A stretch of 64,000 nucleotides of DNA from Stegostoma tigrinum (lineage: Eukaryota), in NCBI RefSeq assembly GCF_030684315.1, contig NC_081379.1, positions 13,091,667 through 13,155,666 of the forward strand. The letters run 5' to 3'. The notes under the pieces were generated by a model, which saw nothing but the letters and a program-made list of their open reading frames with translations, did no database searches and was not told the DNA's origin. Below are positions 60,434 through 64,000 of the stretch, piece after piece. Each line of letters begins with the position of its first letter. Position 1 is the first letter of the stretch. A program made the translations under genes and the position numbers.

Positions 60434-62719
60434 AAGGAAAAAGTTGATGACTATGCTCTGACAGTCAATAAGCTTTCAATAAGCATTCACTTTAGAACAA
60501 TTGTACTTCTGAATATGTTGCATCTCACTTCCATTTTATAATTAATATGGTCAACAATTACTCCACATTGTGGGAGAATGCAGTTTTACAATTCATTCAC
60601 AATATTTGGACAGCTTTTATTGCCCAAATCCAATTGCCTTTCTTCAACTGCCACAGTATGTGTGCTGAACGCACTCTCAAAATTCTGTTAGATGGGGAGT
60701 TCAAGGATTTGAACCCAGCAACAATGAAAAGAAAGGTGATATATCTTTCAGTCATTATGCAGTCTAACGTGAAGGACAACTTTGAGGTGGTAGATTTCTT
60801 TTCACCTGCTACCCTCTTTATTTCAGTTGGTAGAGGTCACAAGTTTCTGATGCGCTGATGTTCATCCAGTTATTTACCAAGTTCAGTTTTGAGGCACATA
60901 AAGTCTGTATTTCAATTCATCTGCAACCTGAGAATTAAGCCAATGTTTGACTTTTATAAGGGAGACACTGACATGGACTCCTTCCCCAAGGACTATCTGC
61001 ACAAGTCAGATGTCACAAACATCTGCGAGCAAGGATTGAAGTGACAAGCCTCAACCACAATTTTAAATTTAAACAAAACAAAATTCTATTTTATGGTTAT
61101 ATCTCTATACAGAGACAGCAACTTGACAATGCAAACTAATAATTTAAATTGAAAACAGCAGGTAGTTAACATAAGTAAGTCATGACCATGTGCATTGTCC
61201 CTTTTGTTTCAAAAAAAGGGCAAGAACCACTGAACTAAAAATCATTTTGTAATGAAAAGGAGAATGGGTCATTTAGAATTGCTTTAATTTCCAAGGATTG
61301 TTGGCCATTTGCTCAATTGGCAGTGCATGCCAAGAACAGTTTCCAATGGCAACAATATATTTCTGAAGCACACACACAATGGCAAACACAATGGAACATT
61401 TAATCACAGAAAAATTCAAATTTTTGTATGAGATGTACAAGAACTTTAAGATGATTTAATTTATGACCTGTCAAAACTAATCAGCAAAAACTGCAATCAA
61501 ATTTCATTATTTACCTGCATCACTCATTTTATAATTTTCAGAATTTCTCTCTGCAATCTGCTGCTGTTATCAAGTAAAGATCTTTGACAACGAATAAGAA
61601 TGAAGTATTGACACCATGAAAAACCCTACAGTTTTATTTTTAGGATTGACACAGCATGGTAAGAACTAAGCAAAATGTTGGTTGATTTGTTAATTACCAT
61701 ACCCCAATCACAAATTTATAATTTATTCTTAGCTGATTTTCTTTTGATTTGCAGTCAGTTACGATGGCCAAGTCTACCAATCCACTCCAGTAGATGTATG
61801 TTTTTTACTTTTCTAATATACAAATGTCGAGAAAATGAACTGAAGTGAGTAAATACATAGCCTTAATCAAACCCTAATTTATGGTACAGCATTCAGTTTT
61901 AAGGAATGCAACACAGGAAATATCGGCTATGCATGGGTGTTGTGGAAAATCTTGGCTTCTTTTTCCCTTCGTGTTTAGAAAATTGAGGATCATTTATTAG
62001 GAATAGTTAAAATGATATGGAATTCAATAAAATTGAATGGACCTTTCTGGTCCCAAAGGTGGAAAACTTTGAAGGAGGAGATGCATTTAATTAGGAGCTG
62101 CATACCCATATCCCACCAACTCTTGCTTCCGCCAATTTAAGTTCTTGTTCTGAAGATCCATGGTTGATCTTATCTCTTTCTGTCGCTGGGACTTTTATGT
62201 GACCAATTAAGGATCACTTAAGAGCTGCAGCCCCTTGTCACTCTGACTACTTTGGGTGTAGCCCTCATGATAACTAATATCAGCTTGGCATTTCATCGTG
62301 GGGGTGTGGGCACAACTTGAACAAAGGCAATCAGTGCCTTATCAAGGGACTAGGCCATCAGGCTAGGATTACCTTCCTAATGCTCTCTCCCTGCAGATTC
62401 TAACCCTAACTCAGTCGGAAGAACCATCTGAACACCTCATTTACCTGGATCCTCTATGATGTTGGGACTTCAGAGATGCTCTTTTGGCAGTAGCCATGGC
62501 ATGCTTGTTGGTGCTACTAAGTGCAAGGGATCCTAGTCTCTGATTACCTAGCAGCTTGTGCTGTGTGTGATGTCTGCCCCAAGTATCTTGATTCCAGGAA
62601 AAGACCTGCCAGTGCTTCACTCTTGCTTGACTGGCATTTGTTAAAAGGGTCTCCCCTGGAAAGAGCAGCACAGGGCTCTTGTTCACTCTCCAACTGTCAG
62701 TTTGAAATAAAAGGAGGCA

Positions 62720-64000
62720 ATGGGAGGCTTTTAAAAGTGCGATATCAAGAGTCCAGGGACAGTATGTCCCTGTTAGGGTGAAGGGAAAAGCTGGCAGGTT
62801 TAGGGATACCTGCTGATGAGGGATATTGAGGCTCTGGTCAGGAAAAAGAAGAAGGCATACATTGGGTTTAAGCTATTGGCCACAAGTGAATCCCTAGATG
62901 CTTTAAGGGGGAAATTAGAAGTGCAAAAAGTGGGTATGAGATGGATCTGGCAGATAAGGTTAAAGATAATCTCAAGAGGTTCTATAGCTATATTATGAGT
63001 AAAAGGGTGGCTAGGGAGAGAATAGGTCCCCTCAAAGATCAGCATGGCTTTCTGCACGTGCAGCCACAGGAGATTTGGGTGGGGGTGGGGTTTCTTTAAT
63101 ATTTCTCCTCGGTGTTTACTGATGAGAGAATCACGGATGCTAAGGAAATAAGAGAAACAAGTGGGGATGTTTTGATCCACGTATATATTATTGGAGAGGA
63201 GGTGTTTGCAGACTTAAATCGTATTAAGGTGGATAAATCTCCTGGGCCTGTTCAAGTCCATCCTTGGACATTATAGGAGGCTAGGGAAGAAATTGCAGAG
63301 GCTCTTCCTGAGATTTTTGCTTCACCTTTAGCCACTGGTGAAGTTCAGGAAGACTGGAGGGTGGCTAATGTTTAAGAAATTGCTTAAGAAAAGTAGCAAA
63401 GACAAGCCAGGAAACTATAGATCCATGGGCCTGACATCTGTGGTAGGCAAGATGCCAGATAAGATATGGCGGGACAGGATCAAGCAACATTTGGATATCA
63501 AGGTCTAATTAGGGATAGTCAGCATGGAGGTGTGTACAGTAAATCATGTCTGGCAAATCTTTTAGAGTTTTTTTTGAAGAGGTAACCAAGAGGATAGATG
63601 AGGGTAGGGCAGTGGATGTTATCTGTACAGATGTTAGTTGGGCCTCTGAGAAGATCCTGCATGGCAGGTTAGTCATGATGGTTGGGTTGCATGGCACCCA
63701 GGAACAGCTAGCTAATTGGATTCAAAACTGGATCAACGGTCGGCAGCAGAAGGTGATAGTTGAAGGTTGTTTTCTGGACTGGAGACCTGTGACTAGTGGT
63801 GTATCACAGTAATCGTGCTGGGGCCTTTGTTATTTCTTATTTACAAAATTGATCTGGGTGTGAATGTACAAGGCATGATTAGTACGTTTGTGGATGATAT
63901 AAAAGTAGGAGGTATAGTTGATAGCGAGGAAATCAAAAATTACAGAGGAATCTCGAATAGAAGGAGAAGTCGGCTGAGGACTGGCAAATACAATTCAATA
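62720..64000 (+). mobile_element. CR1 LINE ORF2 fragment running off the window
   Basis: gataaatctcctgggcctg, ccaggaaactatag, WRPVTSGVSQ, tttgtggatgatataaaa. Confidence 0.92.

Noticed and set aside
57310-64000. Search for the upstream DAO exons (GAGVIG FAD-binding motif and the following exon)
   Set aside because: Not found by eye. They probably lie beyond the window, so DAO is called partial rather than a pseudogene.

Overview
This is vertebrate genomic DNA, almost certainly from a cartilaginous fish (shark-type CR1/HER1 LINEs, HE1-type SINEs and Penelope-like elements dominate the introns). Two convergent protein-coding genes are present. SVOP (SV2-related MFS transporter) is complete on the + strand: 16 coding exons, 3292-37985, 543 aa, all GT-AG. 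DAO (D-amino-acid oxidase) is on the - strand, with only its last 8 coding exons in view (43921-57309, ending in a PTS1-like SQL). Most ORFs in the supplied track are LINE fragments, antisense shadows or noise. The most notable non-coding signals are: (1) minimal type I hammerhead ribozyme cores (CUGANGA-stem II-GAAAC-GUH, with a palindromic zero-loop stem III) in three Penelope-like families, the cleanest copies lying antisense to the host genes; (2) a repeated inverted, tail-asymmetric, TSD-flanked architecture of these insertions; (3) three expanded-spacer (8 nt) RE1/NRSE-like motifs upstream of SVOP; (4) a perfect 171-bp copy of nearby intron sequence inserted inside a CR1 LINE. Comparisons with human proteins and repeat consensus sequences are from memory, not from a search. 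Repeat boundaries are approximate.
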